In this document: in pieces, positions 10,840 through 19,879 of the stretch | How the letters are laid out: every line of letters starts with the position of its first letter | Position numbering within the stretch: the stretch's first letter is position 1 | Source of the DNA: Planctomycetota bacterium | Lineage (GTDB): Bacteria > Planctomycetota > UBA8108 > SXIK01 | NCBI GenBank assembly: GCA_965223265.1 | Contig: OZ244999.1 | Location: 7,456,001 to 7,520,000 of the forward strand | Direction of reading: 5' to 3' | Length of the DNA: 64,000 bases | Made by a program: the position numbers and the translations under genes | Notes under the pieces: model-generated | Database searches by the model: none | Told to the model about the DNA's origin: nothing | Seen by the model: only the letters and a program-made list of their open reading frames with translations

Positions 10840-10895
10840 TTAGCAGCCCGTGAAGCCATTGGGCCGAAAAACCGGTCTGCTCATGCCCACTCGGC
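10840..10895. mobile_element. Degenerate remnant of a MITE-A terminus
   Basis: TTAG + CAGCCCGTGAAGCCATTGGGCCGAAAAACCGGTCTGCTCATGCCCA resembles the reverse complement of the MITE-A right arm (CAGCCCGTTGAAAAAGTCATTCGGCCGAGAAACTGGCCTCTTCACGCCCA). Confidence 0.55.
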
Positions 10896-10988
10896 CATAT
10901 CTCTACCCGTCGTGCGCCGATCGCATGGATCCAACCACGTATCGATCGAAATACCGGGATCCATGAAGTCCATGTCACGTCGCTGACC

Positions 10989-12863
10989 TCAACGCACCTG
11001 CTGGCGGTACCATTGCCGCCACTGCGACGTCACCTGCTTCCAGAGTCGCGGCGTCTCCTTCGCTGGTGGCGACAGCTTGTGACCGGTCCACCGGACAAGC
11101 GTCCCGTGAACGAGGCGCCGATAATCATCGTCGGCGACGGAGAGCTCGTCCACAAGAGTTTCACCAAGGGTGCGCAGCTTGTGCCGCCGCGCCACCCACA
11201 CCAACCAACTCTTGTGACGCGTGCTGGTCATCTCTCCCAACTTGCGCTCAACAAGCGCCGCCTCCACGCTCTCTGCATCGTAGAGCGCGCGAATCGATCT
11301 GAACGACGCGTACCATGCCTCATAGCGCTGCGGTTCCGTCCATCGCTCGCCCGTGATCTTCACCAGGGAGCGGCGTACGAAGCGTTTGAAAGGCGGATTC
11401 AACTCCCACAATCGCAGGAGGAACGGAATCAGTTCCTCACGTCGCCGCACTGGATAGTTCTCGACGATCTCCTGCCCGAGCCGCACCAACTTGGTATTGC
11501 GAGCAGAAGCGAGGTAAGCGAAAGCGCGCGCTGCTGACACGTAGCCCTCAAGCGCCGGGATGTACACCCGGTCTGAAGGCGCAGCGCCACTCCGTGCGCC
11601 GGTGACGACGATCGGCGTGGCGACACCGATCGAGCTTGACGCGCGCGTGAGAAAGAGAATAGCCAAAGACGTATTGATGTAGCTTCCCCAGCCGCCTCGA
11701 GTCTGCTCCAACTGAAGGAGTCGTGTCGCCCCTTCCACGTACCAGTCCCGATCCCCGAAGCGTTCGACTTCGCCGAGATCCGCGGCTTTTTCAAGGCTAT
11801 AGAGGTTGTAGTAGATATCACGCCGATCGTTGAGGAATTCGTCGAAGTGACGCGTGATCCAGGCGTAGCTCTGATAGAGCGCCCGCTCAGCGCGGACCTC
11901 AAGGCGCCGGGGAAGACACCGAGCACCGCCGCGCCGATGTGCTCGCAAGACAATCGCAAGGCTGGAAGCGCCTGCCGCTGTCATCGCGGCATAAGGCTGC
12001 GCCGGAGTTGTCGACCGTCGCAGCGGCTTAGCGCGGTACGCCCAGCCCCCAGGAAGCGCCGTCACTTGTCGCTGACGCGGGCGTGACGCCAACCCGAATG
12101 CCGCCTCAATGCCAACGCGCGGCGTGAGCACGACGCGGACCACGTCCGGCTCTTCGTACAGCGAGCGGGAGAACGTCTCAGCGATCAAGGAGAGTGCCTC
12201 GCCGAGTTTGGGAACGCGCCCGGGCTCGAGGCGCTGCAGCCCGACCTCAAGCCCCAAGGCCGCAAATTGGGTGTTCGAGAAATCGTGAGACTTCCCCGTT
12301 TGCCGGTAGGTCCAGCCGCGTTGGCGTCTCGCCTCAACGAGCCACTTCGTGAGCTCACCAATCTTTCGGACAGCTTCTCCAGACGTCGGTACGGGGTCTT
12401 CGCGTTCCCGCTCTGTTGCAGGCGTCTCGGAAGCGGTGAACTCGTGCAAAGACTGCTTCGCGACGAAAGCGTCGAGAGCGAAGAGAGCGCAGCTTGCGTC
12501 GTAGGTCGTGTCGGGACGCGCAGCGACGACGTAACTCAAGGCGCGACGCACCCTCGGCTCCGCAAGTGACACGTCGGCGTTCAAGAGCGCCGTCACTACG
12601 AGCGCGACGCGCCCCACCGGATAGTCCCGTCGCGGTTTCTCGACAAGCGAATCGAGGGTCTCCAACAGGCGACCGGCGCCTCGATCGACAGCCGTTTCGA
12701 CGGCACTAGCGAGATCGACGGGCGACTCCGCACGCAGGTCGCCAAAACTCAAAACGACACTCAATGCCGCCAGTACCCTCGGCAGCGCATGGAAACTGCT
12801 GGCGAGACCGCACTGCACGAAGGCACGCCGCACACGAATGCCCCACTTGAAAATGCTCCGCAT
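10989..12863 (-). CDS. Secreted alpha/alpha-toroid (prenyltransferase/squalene-cyclase-repeat-like) protein with helical C-terminus
   Basis: GWTY...DFSNTQFAALGL, GGWAY, AMTAAGASSL, YYNLYSLEKAA, DWYVEGA..LL..Q..GGW, NTSLAILFL. Start codon uncertain. Confidence 0.7.
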   Translation of the reverse strand: MRSIFKWGIRVRRAFVQCGLASSFHALPRVLAALSVVLSFGDLRAESPVDLASAVETAVDRGAGRLLETLDSLVEKPRRDYPVGRVALVVTALLNADVSLAEPRVRRALSYVVAARPDTTYDASCALFALDAFVAKQSLHEFTASETPATEREREDPVPTSGEAVRKIGELTKWLVEARRQRGWTYRQTGKSHDFSNTQFAALGLEVGLQRLEPGRVPKLGEALSLIAETFSRSLYEEPDVVRVVLTPRVGIEAAFGLASRPRQRQVTALPGGWAYRAKPLRRSTTPAQPYAAMTAAGASSLAIVLRAHRRGGARCLPRRLEVRAERALYQSYAWITRHFDEFLNDRRDIYYNLYSLEKAADLGEVERFGDRDWYVEGATRLLQLEQTRGGWGSYINTSLAILFLTRASSSIGVATPIVVTGARSGAAPSDRVYIPALEGYVSAARAFAYLASARNTKLVRLGQEIVENYPVRRREELIPFLLRLWELNPPFKRFVRRSLVKITGERWTEPQRYEAWYASFRSIRALYDAESVEAALVERKLGEMTSTRHKSWLVWVARRHKLRTLGETLVDELSVADDDYRRLVHGTLVRWTGHKLSPPAKETPRLWKQVTSQWRQWYRQQVR

Positions 12864-13038
12864 GAGAACGAAGTCCTCGTCTGTCGGCGGCGGTCGCGAT
12901 CAATGCGAGGCGGACGCTGGTAGCATAGCGCGCGAAAGAGAGCCCGCAACTCACGATCGCAAGACCGGATCATACGTCGCGCTGGGCTTCACTGCGCTGG
13001 CCGTGACCATTCCGGGCTGACCGTGCTGGTGCGGTTAG

Positions 13039-13219
13039 CAAGCCTGCCTGAAAAAGTGCTTCGAGCCGAAAACTGGTCTCGTTGCGTCCAGATCGGCCGC
13101 GGCAAACGCAGGCAATCTTCGGGCCCTCTTCTTTCGATTCTGATGGCGAGTATTGACGCGGCCCGTCTGGGCGTGAAGAGGCCAGTTTCTTCGGCCGAAT
13201 GACTTTTTCAGGCGGGCTG
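13039..13219. mobile_element. MITE-A copy 1 (diverged), flanked by TTAG/TTAG
   Basis: Ends CAAGCCTGCCTGAAAAAGT...ACTTTTTCAGGCGGGCTG; homologous to 13484-13642 and 40293-40451. Confidence 0.85.
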
Positions 13220-13223
13220 TTAG

Positions 13224-13479
13224 CTCGAGTTTGGCCATTTCGCGTCGAGCCTGCCAGCGCCAGGAGCGTCGAGGCCAAGGAGCGACTCGGGCGCGGTCCC
13301 GCTCGGGTCGTGGCGGAGGACGGGCGCAGGCATCGGCGCTCCTGGCGTTCCCCGAAGGGCCGGACAGGAGTTGTTTTTGAACATGCACAAGGGTTCTCAG
13401 GGTACTAAAAAGTCGAAAGGGCCTTTGAATTCCCGCGAAACTCGTCCGGCCAGGCCGGCGCGAAATGGCCAAACTCGAG
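13224..13479. mobile_element. MITE-B, 256 bp, perfect 21-bp terminal inverted repeats
   Basis: CTCGAGTTTGGCCATTTCGCG...CGCGAAATGGCCAAACTCGAG, flanked by TTAG (13220-13223) and CTAG (13480-13483). Confidence 0.8.
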
Positions 13480-13483
13480 CTAG

Positions 13484-13642
13484 CAGCCTGTTGAAAAAGT
13501 GCTTCGAGTCGAAAACTGGTCGCTTCGCGTCCAGATCGACCGCGGCGAACGTAGGTAATCTCCGAGATTTTCGAGGCTCGCCGCGGTCGATCTGGGCGTG
13601 AAGAGGCCAGTTTCTCGGCCGAATGACTTTTTCAACGGGCTG
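13484..13642. mobile_element. MITE-A copy 2, 159 bp, CTAG target duplication
   Basis: CTAG-CAGCCTGTTGAAAAAG...CTTTTTCAACGGGCTG-CTAG; arms of about 65 nt are complementary. Confidence 0.9.
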
Positions 13643-13647
13643 CTAGG

Positions 13648-14304
13648 TTAGCCCTCGAGGCGCGAAGACTCGTCTGCCGGCCCCTTCCCATCGACATCGA
13701 ACGACGTTGCGAGTGAACCGAGCACGACCCCGAGCCAGATGCAAAGAGCAATCATGAGCGCGAGCACAACGACGAAAAGTGCCGTCGCTTTCGGGGTCGC
13801 GGCGTGCTTTGACGGCACTGCGCGGCGGGTGTCGACCGCGGCCATCGGAGCGGGCTCGGTGGTGCCGCCAGATTCTCGAGAGCCCGGCGACACGGTCACA
13901 GATTCCACCCGGATCACGTCGGCGTCAGTGGCCGGCGAGGCCGGCGAGGCGTTCGACTCGACGCCGCGAGTGTTCTTGGTAACACTGTCGGCGGTCGGCC
14001 GAAACTCTCCGTTCAGGCGCATGACAATACGAAAAGCGCCGACGCGAACTACGTCGCCGTGCCGGAGTACCCCCTGCTTGTGATGTGCGTCGTTGACGAG
14101 AGTACCATTTGTACTGCAGAGGTCGACGAACCGATATTCGTCTCCGGCCCGTTCGATGAGCAGGTGTTGACGAGAGATGCTCGAATGCCGCAGACAAATC
14201 TCGGCTTTCGGCGACCGTCCGACGAAGAATCGGTCTCGATCCACGTCGACGTCCCAGCTGCTCTGACTCTCGAGGTTATGAACTTCGAACCTGGGCATCG
14301 GCAC
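13648..14304 (-). CDS. FHA-domain protein with C-terminal TM helix
   Basis: VGRS, SISRQH, DLCSTNGTLVN, LRHGDVVRVG; hydrophobic stretch near the C-terminus. Confidence 0.9.
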   Translation of the reverse strand: MPMPRFEVHNLESQSSWDVDVDRDRFFVGRSPKAEICLRHSSISRQHLLIERAGDEYRFVDLCSTNGTLVNDAHHKQGVLRHGDVVRVGAFRIVMRLNGEFRPTADSVTKNTRGVESNASPASPATDADVIRVESVTVSPGSRESGGTTEPAPMAAVDTRRAVPSKHAATPKATALFVVVLALMIALCIWLGVVLGSLATSFDVDGKGPADESSRLEG

Positions 14305-14357
14305 GCAAATCTCATCCAGTTTCGATCAGAACGGCTTCACCCACCGACAAGCCGTCG

Positions 14358-15389
14358 CTAAAGCGACGCGGGACCAGGGTCGCGCTCGTGCTCGACAGTT
14401 CGCCCGCGACGATAAACATAGTCTTGCGCGTTTCGTTCGACTTCCGCCCGCAGCGCGGAATTCAACGGCTTTTCCAAGTCATGATACAGCCCCGGCTCCC
14501 CTTTCGGGCGGGACTTCCAACGGCGGTGCAACCAAAAGTACTGATCTGGCGCCGCACGCACGACCCTCTCCAAGGCCGTAAGATAGTCTGCCACCAGACG
14601 TTCGGGTTCGCCTTCAGCGGCGATGGGTTCGTCGCCCGTGCGCAGCACCGTGGCCTCCACCTCGAAGCGCCAATCACGTCCAACCCAGCAACAAACAGCA
14701 AACACGATCGGGCAGCGGGCATTCAGCAAAACACGAGCGAAGCCCGAATTCGTCGAAGCGGGAATGCCAAAGAAATCGTAGAAGTGACGCCGGCGGCGGT
14801 CGTTCTGGTCGACAAGAAGGCCGATGCTTTGGCCTTCCTGCAACAACGAGTGCACTCGCACGAGGGCACCAGCGCGGTCAACCGCCGGTCGACCGCGGTG
14901 CGACCGAGCTCGATTCAAGGCGCGGTCGATATACGGGTTTGAGACTTTCTGGGTAACCGCCGCGACGGGAAAGCCAAGCATATTCAGGCAGGCGTGTCCC
15001 ATCTCCCAGTTGCCGACGTGCGCCGTCAACACCGCGATCGGCCGCCCTTGAAGAGGCTCCAGCACACGCTTGGCCGCTTCGAGACCGCGAAACTCGATCG
15101 GGGGCTTGCCGTGCCACTCAAGGCTCAACCCCGCCAGGATCTTGACCGCGTTGATGAACGTGCGACGCGTGATGGTCTCCCGGGCCTCTGGCGTGAGCGC
15201 TTCGCCGAAGGCGATATCGAGATTGCGCCTAACGACTCTGCGCCGACCAGGGCTCAACAGCCAGACGGCAAGACCGACCATCTCGGCGATGCGTAGGGCC
15301 GCAGCGGGTGGCAGCACGCCGACAGCCCACAGTGGTGGCAGGGCGCAGGCAGCTGCCAGCCTGTGCAGCAAATCCCGCCCGATACGCAT
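14358..15389 (-). CDS. Lipid A late acyltransferase (LpxL/HtrB-like)
   Basis: TAHVGNWE, LLVDQN, DFFG, PDQYFWLHRRWKSRP. Start set at ATG 15389. Confidence 0.9.
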   Translation of the reverse strand: MRIGRDLLHRLAAACALPPLWAVGVLPPAAALRIAEMVGLAVWLLSPGRRRVVRRNLDIAFGEALTPEARETITRRTFINAVKILAGLSLEWHGKPPIEFRGLEAAKRVLEPLQGRPIAVLTAHVGNWEMGHACLNMLGFPVAAVTQKVSNPYIDRALNRARSHRGRPAVDRAGALVRVHSLLQEGQSIGLLVDQNDRRRRHFYDFFGIPASTNSGFARVLLNARCPIVFAVCCWVGRDWRFEVEATVLRTGDEPIAAEGEPERLVADYLTALERVVRAAPDQYFWLHRRWKSRPKGEPGLYHDLEKPLNSALRAEVERNAQDYVYRRGRTVEHERDPGPASL

Positions 15390-15418
15390 GAGTTTCTGCA
15401 GCAGCGTACTCCCACCCC

Positions 15419-16423
15419 TCACCTGCCGAGGAAACGATCCCGGCCTGCGACGAGTGCCTCCAGCTTTCGATCCGCGACGCTGCGCTGCAACATCCAAAAA
15501 CCACAGTCGGGATGGACATAGTGGATGCGGTCGACACCACCGACCAGTCGCGCCGCGGTCTCAATTGCACCGGCGACTTCGTCCGCGCTCTCGACTCTAT
15601 TGTCCTTAATGTCGATCACACCGACCCCAAGACCGACCTTCGTCTCCACTGCCGACAGCGACTCGAGCTCACTGCGCTCACGCCGCGCACACTCGAGGAC
15701 GACATGATCTACATCGAGTTGATTGATGAGCTGGATCAGCGCCGACCAATGCCCCTTCTGAATCGTCTGACCACCGTAGTTGCCGAAGCAAAGATGGACC
15801 CCTTTCTCGCGGTCACGCACGCCAGAGAGCACGTGGTTCAGAGCGGGCACTGCCCACGTCGCCTCCTCCGGATGGCCTGTGATGTTCGCCTCGTCGAGCT
15901 GCACCACGGCGGCGTCGATGCACTCAAGCTGCTGCCGCAGGATTTCCGCCAAGCGCATGCAAAGGCGCGGCACGTCGCCATAGTGCCGGTCCATCACAAC
16001 CTTCGCGAGCATGTGGGGGCCGGTGCAGGTAAACTTTAGCGGCGCGCGCGTGAGTTCACGGACGAACTCCCAGTCCTGAAGTAGGTTCAGGGATCCCTCG
16101 TCGAGTGGAGCACGGACAACAGCCGCGGGCTCACGCCGGTAGCCGGCCACCTCGCTGCACCGAAACTCTTCGATCTCGCTGCGACTCGGCTGGACGCTAA
16201 CGCCTTCGAGTGGCCGGAGAAAGTAGTCAATCATGCCGTTGGTGTCTGGATGGTTGACATCGAAGCGAGCCAGCTCGCCGTCCGAAATCACGTCGATTCC
16301 CGCGTTTTCCTGAGTTTTGAGGACGGCGAGAATGGCGTCGCGAAGTCCTTCACGGCTGCGCGCCGCCGACAGCCAGGACGGGATGGGGTAGCTACCGACG
16401 ACGGTCGTCTTGAGTTGCGGCAT
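15419..16423 (-). CDS. Cobalamin-independent methionine synthase II family (single-barrel MetE-like)
   Basis: TTVVGSYP, AGIDVISDGE, QLDE, Zn ligands HLCFGN/E/PDCG. Confidence 0.9.
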   Translation of the reverse strand: MPQLKTTVVGSYPIPSWLSAARSREGLRDAILAVLKTQENAGIDVISDGELARFDVNHPDTNGMIDYFLRPLEGVSVQPSRSEIEEFRCSEVAGYRREPAAVVRAPLDEGSLNLLQDWEFVRELTRAPLKFTCTGPHMLAKVVMDRHYGDVPRLCMRLAEILRQQLECIDAAVVQLDEANITGHPEEATWAVPALNHVLSGVRDREKGVHLCFGNYGGQTIQKGHWSALIQLINQLDVDHVVLECARRERSELESLSAVETKVGLGVGVIDIKDNRVESADEVAGAIETAARLVGGVDRIHYVHPDCGFWMLQRSVADRKLEALVAGRDRFLGR

Positions 16424-16823
16424 GGTCTCTCCAAGTCCCAAAGCAAATGCCCGCGCATTGTATGAGCCGCGCTGTCGGGCGATCAACAGGATTCGAACCG
16501 CCGCCTCGGTCGCAGCCGTGCAACCGAACTCGTCTAGAAGATCATGTCCAACGGTTAGACAGGACGGACGTGTGCGGCGTCGGCAAGACCGAGAACCGGC
16601 GTGTTCATGTCAACGTCGCGATTCCTGCAGCGTTCAAAGTCGAAATACAGGCGCTCTTTCTCGACAATCCGCTGCCCCTCGATCTCAGATGGCTCGGAAG
16701 TTGCCGCTTCGACCTCGTAAAGCTATCGACAGGTGGTCGCGAATTCTGCCACCACGAGCAGTCATCGTCGCCACCTCGTCTTCACACCGTCGAAAAGAAT
16801 CACCCGACCCTCAGGAGGTGTCT

Positions 16824-18419
16824 ATGCATTCCCCCAGGCGCACCGCCATTTATGCTGTCGCGGTCGCATCGCTGAGCTTAGCCTTCCTCGGCTGCCAATC
16901 TCGGACCCCAGTAGACGCTCAACCGCTGTCTGAGCCCTTGACGACTTCGGCGCCGGAAAAGGCTCAGCCGCCAGCGGATGCCGCCCCAAAGCCTGCCACC
17001 ACGAGCACCACTGTCGCCGGTAGCACCTCGGCTCAGCACAAGCTCGCGTACCCGACGGGTTCTGAGGCGACTAGCGTCCTCCTCGTCGAAAAGATCACTC
17101 CCGAGGAAGTCGCCGTCGGCAAACCGTTCGACTACACGATCGTTGTCACCAACCTGACAGAGATGGAACTGGTCGACGTGCGCGTCACTGATCAGCTGTC
17201 GTCTGAATTTCGCGTTCTCGAGAGTCAACCAGCGCTTGAGAGCTTCGACAATCTCCTCGCGACGTGGAATCTCGGCAAGCTGTCGTCGCACGAGAAACGC
17301 AGCATCCAAATGCGCGGCCAAGTCGACAATACCGGTATCTTGGGTGGCTGCACGAAAGTGAGTTACAACACGCAAATCTGTTCGGCGATTGCCGTCGTCG
17401 AACCAGTTCTGCAGTTGACGGTCGAGACGCCTGCTGACGCGCTCTTGTGTGAAGACATCCCAGTCAAGTACAAGCTAACGAATCTGGGCACCGGCCACGC
17501 AAAGAACGTCGTGCTGACTCACATGATGCCGGACAACATGCGGCACGCAGAAGGCGACGCTCCACTCGTGTTCAACGTTGAACACATGGCTCCCGGCCAG
17601 ACCGAAACGTTCGCCACAAATCTCAAGGCGCTGATCAGCGGCAATTTCACACACAAGGTGGAAGCGAAAGGCGAAGGCGGCTATGAGTCGCACGCAATCG
17701 CCGAGACGAACGTAACGCACCCGGTTCTCAAAGTCACCTGCGAAGGCCGCACCGAGCAGTTCCTCGGCCGCCCAATCCGCTACAAAATCCATGTTGAAAA
17801 CACCGGCAGCGGCGTCGCGCGCAACTGCACGATCGAGCACACCCTTCCGGACGGCACGGATTTCCTCGCTGCGAGTGACAACGGTCGTCTGACCGCGGAT
17901 CGCGTCGTGTGGAAACTCGGCGAGCTTGCTCCTGGTGCGTCGAAAGATCTGACAGTGGGATTGCGACTCCAGAAGATCGGTGAGCTCCAGAACATGATTC
18001 AGGCCCGCGCCGACTGTGCGAGCACGCAAGTCACGTTCGCGAAGACCTCAGTCAGGGGCATCTCAGCCATCCTGCTCGAGGTCGTCGACGTTTCCGACCC
18101 GACCGAAGTCGGCGGCCAGGAAACCTACGTGATCTCGGTGTCCAACCAGGGCACCGCCAACGGCACAGGAATCCAAATCAAGTGCTCGCTGGAGGACTCC
18201 ATGGAGTACGTGGAATCCACCGGTCCGACGCAAGCGACTGTCGAAGGTCGAACGGTTACCTTCGCGAGTCTCGCCGAGCTCGGACCCAAGAAAGAAGCAA
18301 CGTGGACCGTCGTCGTACGAGCCGCGAAAGAGGGTGACGTCCGGTTCAAGGTGCAAATGGACACCGACCAAACGCGGCGTCCTGTCCTCGAGACCGAGGC
18401 GACGACCTTTTACGACTGA
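16824..18419 (+). CDS. OmcB-like DUF11-repeat cysteine-rich lipoprotein
   Basis: SD AGGAGG; lipobox AFLGC; repeated Ig-like DUF11 units (YTIVVTN, NLGTGHA, NTGSGVA, NQGT), AILLEVVDVSDPTEVG. Confidence 0.85.
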   Translation: MHSPRRTAIYAVAVASLSLAFLGCQSRTPVDAQPLSEPLTTSAPEKAQPPADAAPKPATTSTTVAGSTSAQHKLAYPTGSEATSVLLVEKITPEEVAVGKPFDYTIVVTNLTEMELVDVRVTDQLSSEFRVLESQPALESFDNLLATWNLGKLSSHEKRSIQMRGQVDNTGILGGCTKVSYNTQICSAIAVVEPVLQLTVETPADALLCEDIPVKYKLTNLGTGHAKNVVLTHMMPDNMRHAEGDAPLVFNVEHMAPGQTETFATNLKALISGNFTHKVEAKGEGGYESHAIAETNVTHPVLKVTCEGRTEQFLGRPIRYKIHVENTGSGVARNCTIEHTLPDGTDFLAASDNGRLTADRVVWKLGELAPGASKDLTVGLRLQKIGELQNMIQARADCASTQVTFAKTSVRGISAILLEVVDVSDPTEVGGQETYVISVSNQGTANGTGIQIKCSLEDSMEYVESTGPTQATVEGRTVTFASLAELGPKKEATWTVVVRAAKEGDVRFKVQMDTDQTRRPVLETEATTFYD

Positions 18420-18452
18420 GACGATCTACAGCGTCGTCACCGAAACTTGCAC

Positions 18453-18493
18453 ACAACGGACCCCAGCGGCGAATCGCCACTGGGGTCCGTTGT
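18453..18493 (+). terminator. Strong hairpin downstream of the OmcB-like gene
   Basis: 14-bp stem ACAACGGACCCCAG/CTGGGGTCCGTTGT; the U-tract is weak. Confidence 0.55.
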
Positions 18494-18654
18494 TGCATCA
18501 AGACGGGCAAGCCGCCGGGAGCTTTCCACTACGCTTGACCACCCGTTCTAATTCATTCCCGTATCGATTCAGGCGACAGGCTCGCAACGCGCAACGCGCA
18601 CCGACCTCGCAGACCGGCGTCCCTGAAGCCGGCGGTTCACCCCCACGCTGAGCT

Positions 18655-18749
18655 CCGGACGGCACACAGGAGTGTGCCTGCTACTTTGAAGATCGAGTTG
18701 GCAGCAATACTTGTCTATAGTAGCAGGCACACGCCGTGTGCCGGTCCGG
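18655..18749. repeat. Inverted pair of GTAG-family REPs (REPIN-like doublet)
   Basis: CCGGACGGCACACAGGAGTGTGCCTGCTAC, 35-nt spacer, GTAGCAGGCACACGCCGTGTGCCGGTCCGG. Confidence 0.85.
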
Positions 18750-18836
18750 AGATGTCCGTGAGGCGCGACGGCACGTTTGCGCCACGACACACGTTAGGCC
18801 GCAGCAGACATTAGAGACAATAGGAGGAGTCGTTTC

Positions 18837-19571
18837 ATGGCGAAGCTTCTCGATGGCAAGGTCGCCATCGTGACGGGCGGCGGCGGCGGATTGGGTTCGG
18901 CGATCTGTCAAGCTCTGGCGATCGACGGTGCGAAGATCGTCGTCGTCGGCCGCGACGAAAAGAAGTGCGAGGCGGCGCTCGAGCGCGTCCGCAGCGTCGA
19001 TAGCGAGGCGGTGTCGTGTTGTGTTGATCTCACGCAGCCGGAATCCCCCGACAAGGTGGTGGCGGCGGCAACGGCGGCGTTCGGCGGTATCGATATCCTC
19101 GTCAACTGCGCCGGCGTTTTCGTCTGGAAGAAAATGTTGGACCAAACGCGCGAGGATTGGGACAGGACGCTGGGGACGAACCTGTCGGCCCCGTTTTTCG
19201 TCACACAGAGCGTCGCCCGCACGATGGTCGAGCAAGAGAGGGGCGGAGCGATCCTCAACATCACGTCGATCCACGGCGCACTGGGCGATGCAAGCGTCGT
19301 CGGACATTGTGCATCCAAGTTCGGCCTCGTCGGCTTGACGAAGGCTGCGGCCGAGGCGCTCCGCGAACACGGAATTCGCGTCAACGCGATCGCGCCCGGT
19401 CAGATCGCACCGGATAGCGGAGACCGTCGCGGAGCCTCGCCGCAAGAACCTGTTACGCAGTGCGACATCGCAACACTCGCGGTGTTCCTGGTGTCGGACC
19501 TGTCGCGAACGCTCACCGGCAGCGTCATCGACGCCTGGGGAAACACGCGCGGTGTGATCAAGTCGTCTTGA
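18837..19571 (+). CDS. SDR-family oxidoreductase
   Basis: SD AGGAGG; TGGGGGLG, DILVNCAG, NITS, HCASK (His at the usual YxxxK Tyr), RVNAIAPG. Confidence 0.92.
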   Translation: MAKLLDGKVAIVTGGGGGLGSAICQALAIDGAKIVVVGRDEKKCEAALERVRSVDSEAVSCCVDLTQPESPDKVVAAATAAFGGIDILVNCAGVFVWKKMLDQTREDWDRTLGTNLSAPFFVTQSVARTMVEQERGGAILNITSIHGALGDASVVGHCASKFGLVGLTKAAAEALREHGIRVNAIAPGQIAPDSGDRRGASPQEPVTQCDIATLAVFLVSDLSRTLTGSVIDAWGNTRGVIKSS

Positions 19572-19879
19572 ATCGTCTGCCCGGACGCTCCCGGCAGAGA
19601 GGATCGAGAATGGAATCTGGGATGCTCGATGGACCCGAAGCGACAACCATCTGGCGCGCTCATGCGCCTGGCCCTCAGCGCGTAGGTTCGTTCCGGGCTC
19701 GCGTCCGACGTTTTCGGTAGGCAGACCCGGTCTCGGACCATCCGGATAAGTCACCCCTCGTTCCTGCGGAAGGTGCGATCCCCGCGTCGGTGGTATTCTT
19801 CTCTGCGGACCATCGAAGTCCGCATCGCGCCGTCACCGACGTGAGCGTCACCGCCTCCATCCGCCCCCGCAGCGCAGTC

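Noticed and set aside
13035-13601. Small ORFs across the MITE stack, and 40168..40410
   Set aside because: They are translations of the palindromic repeats with no transposase motifs.
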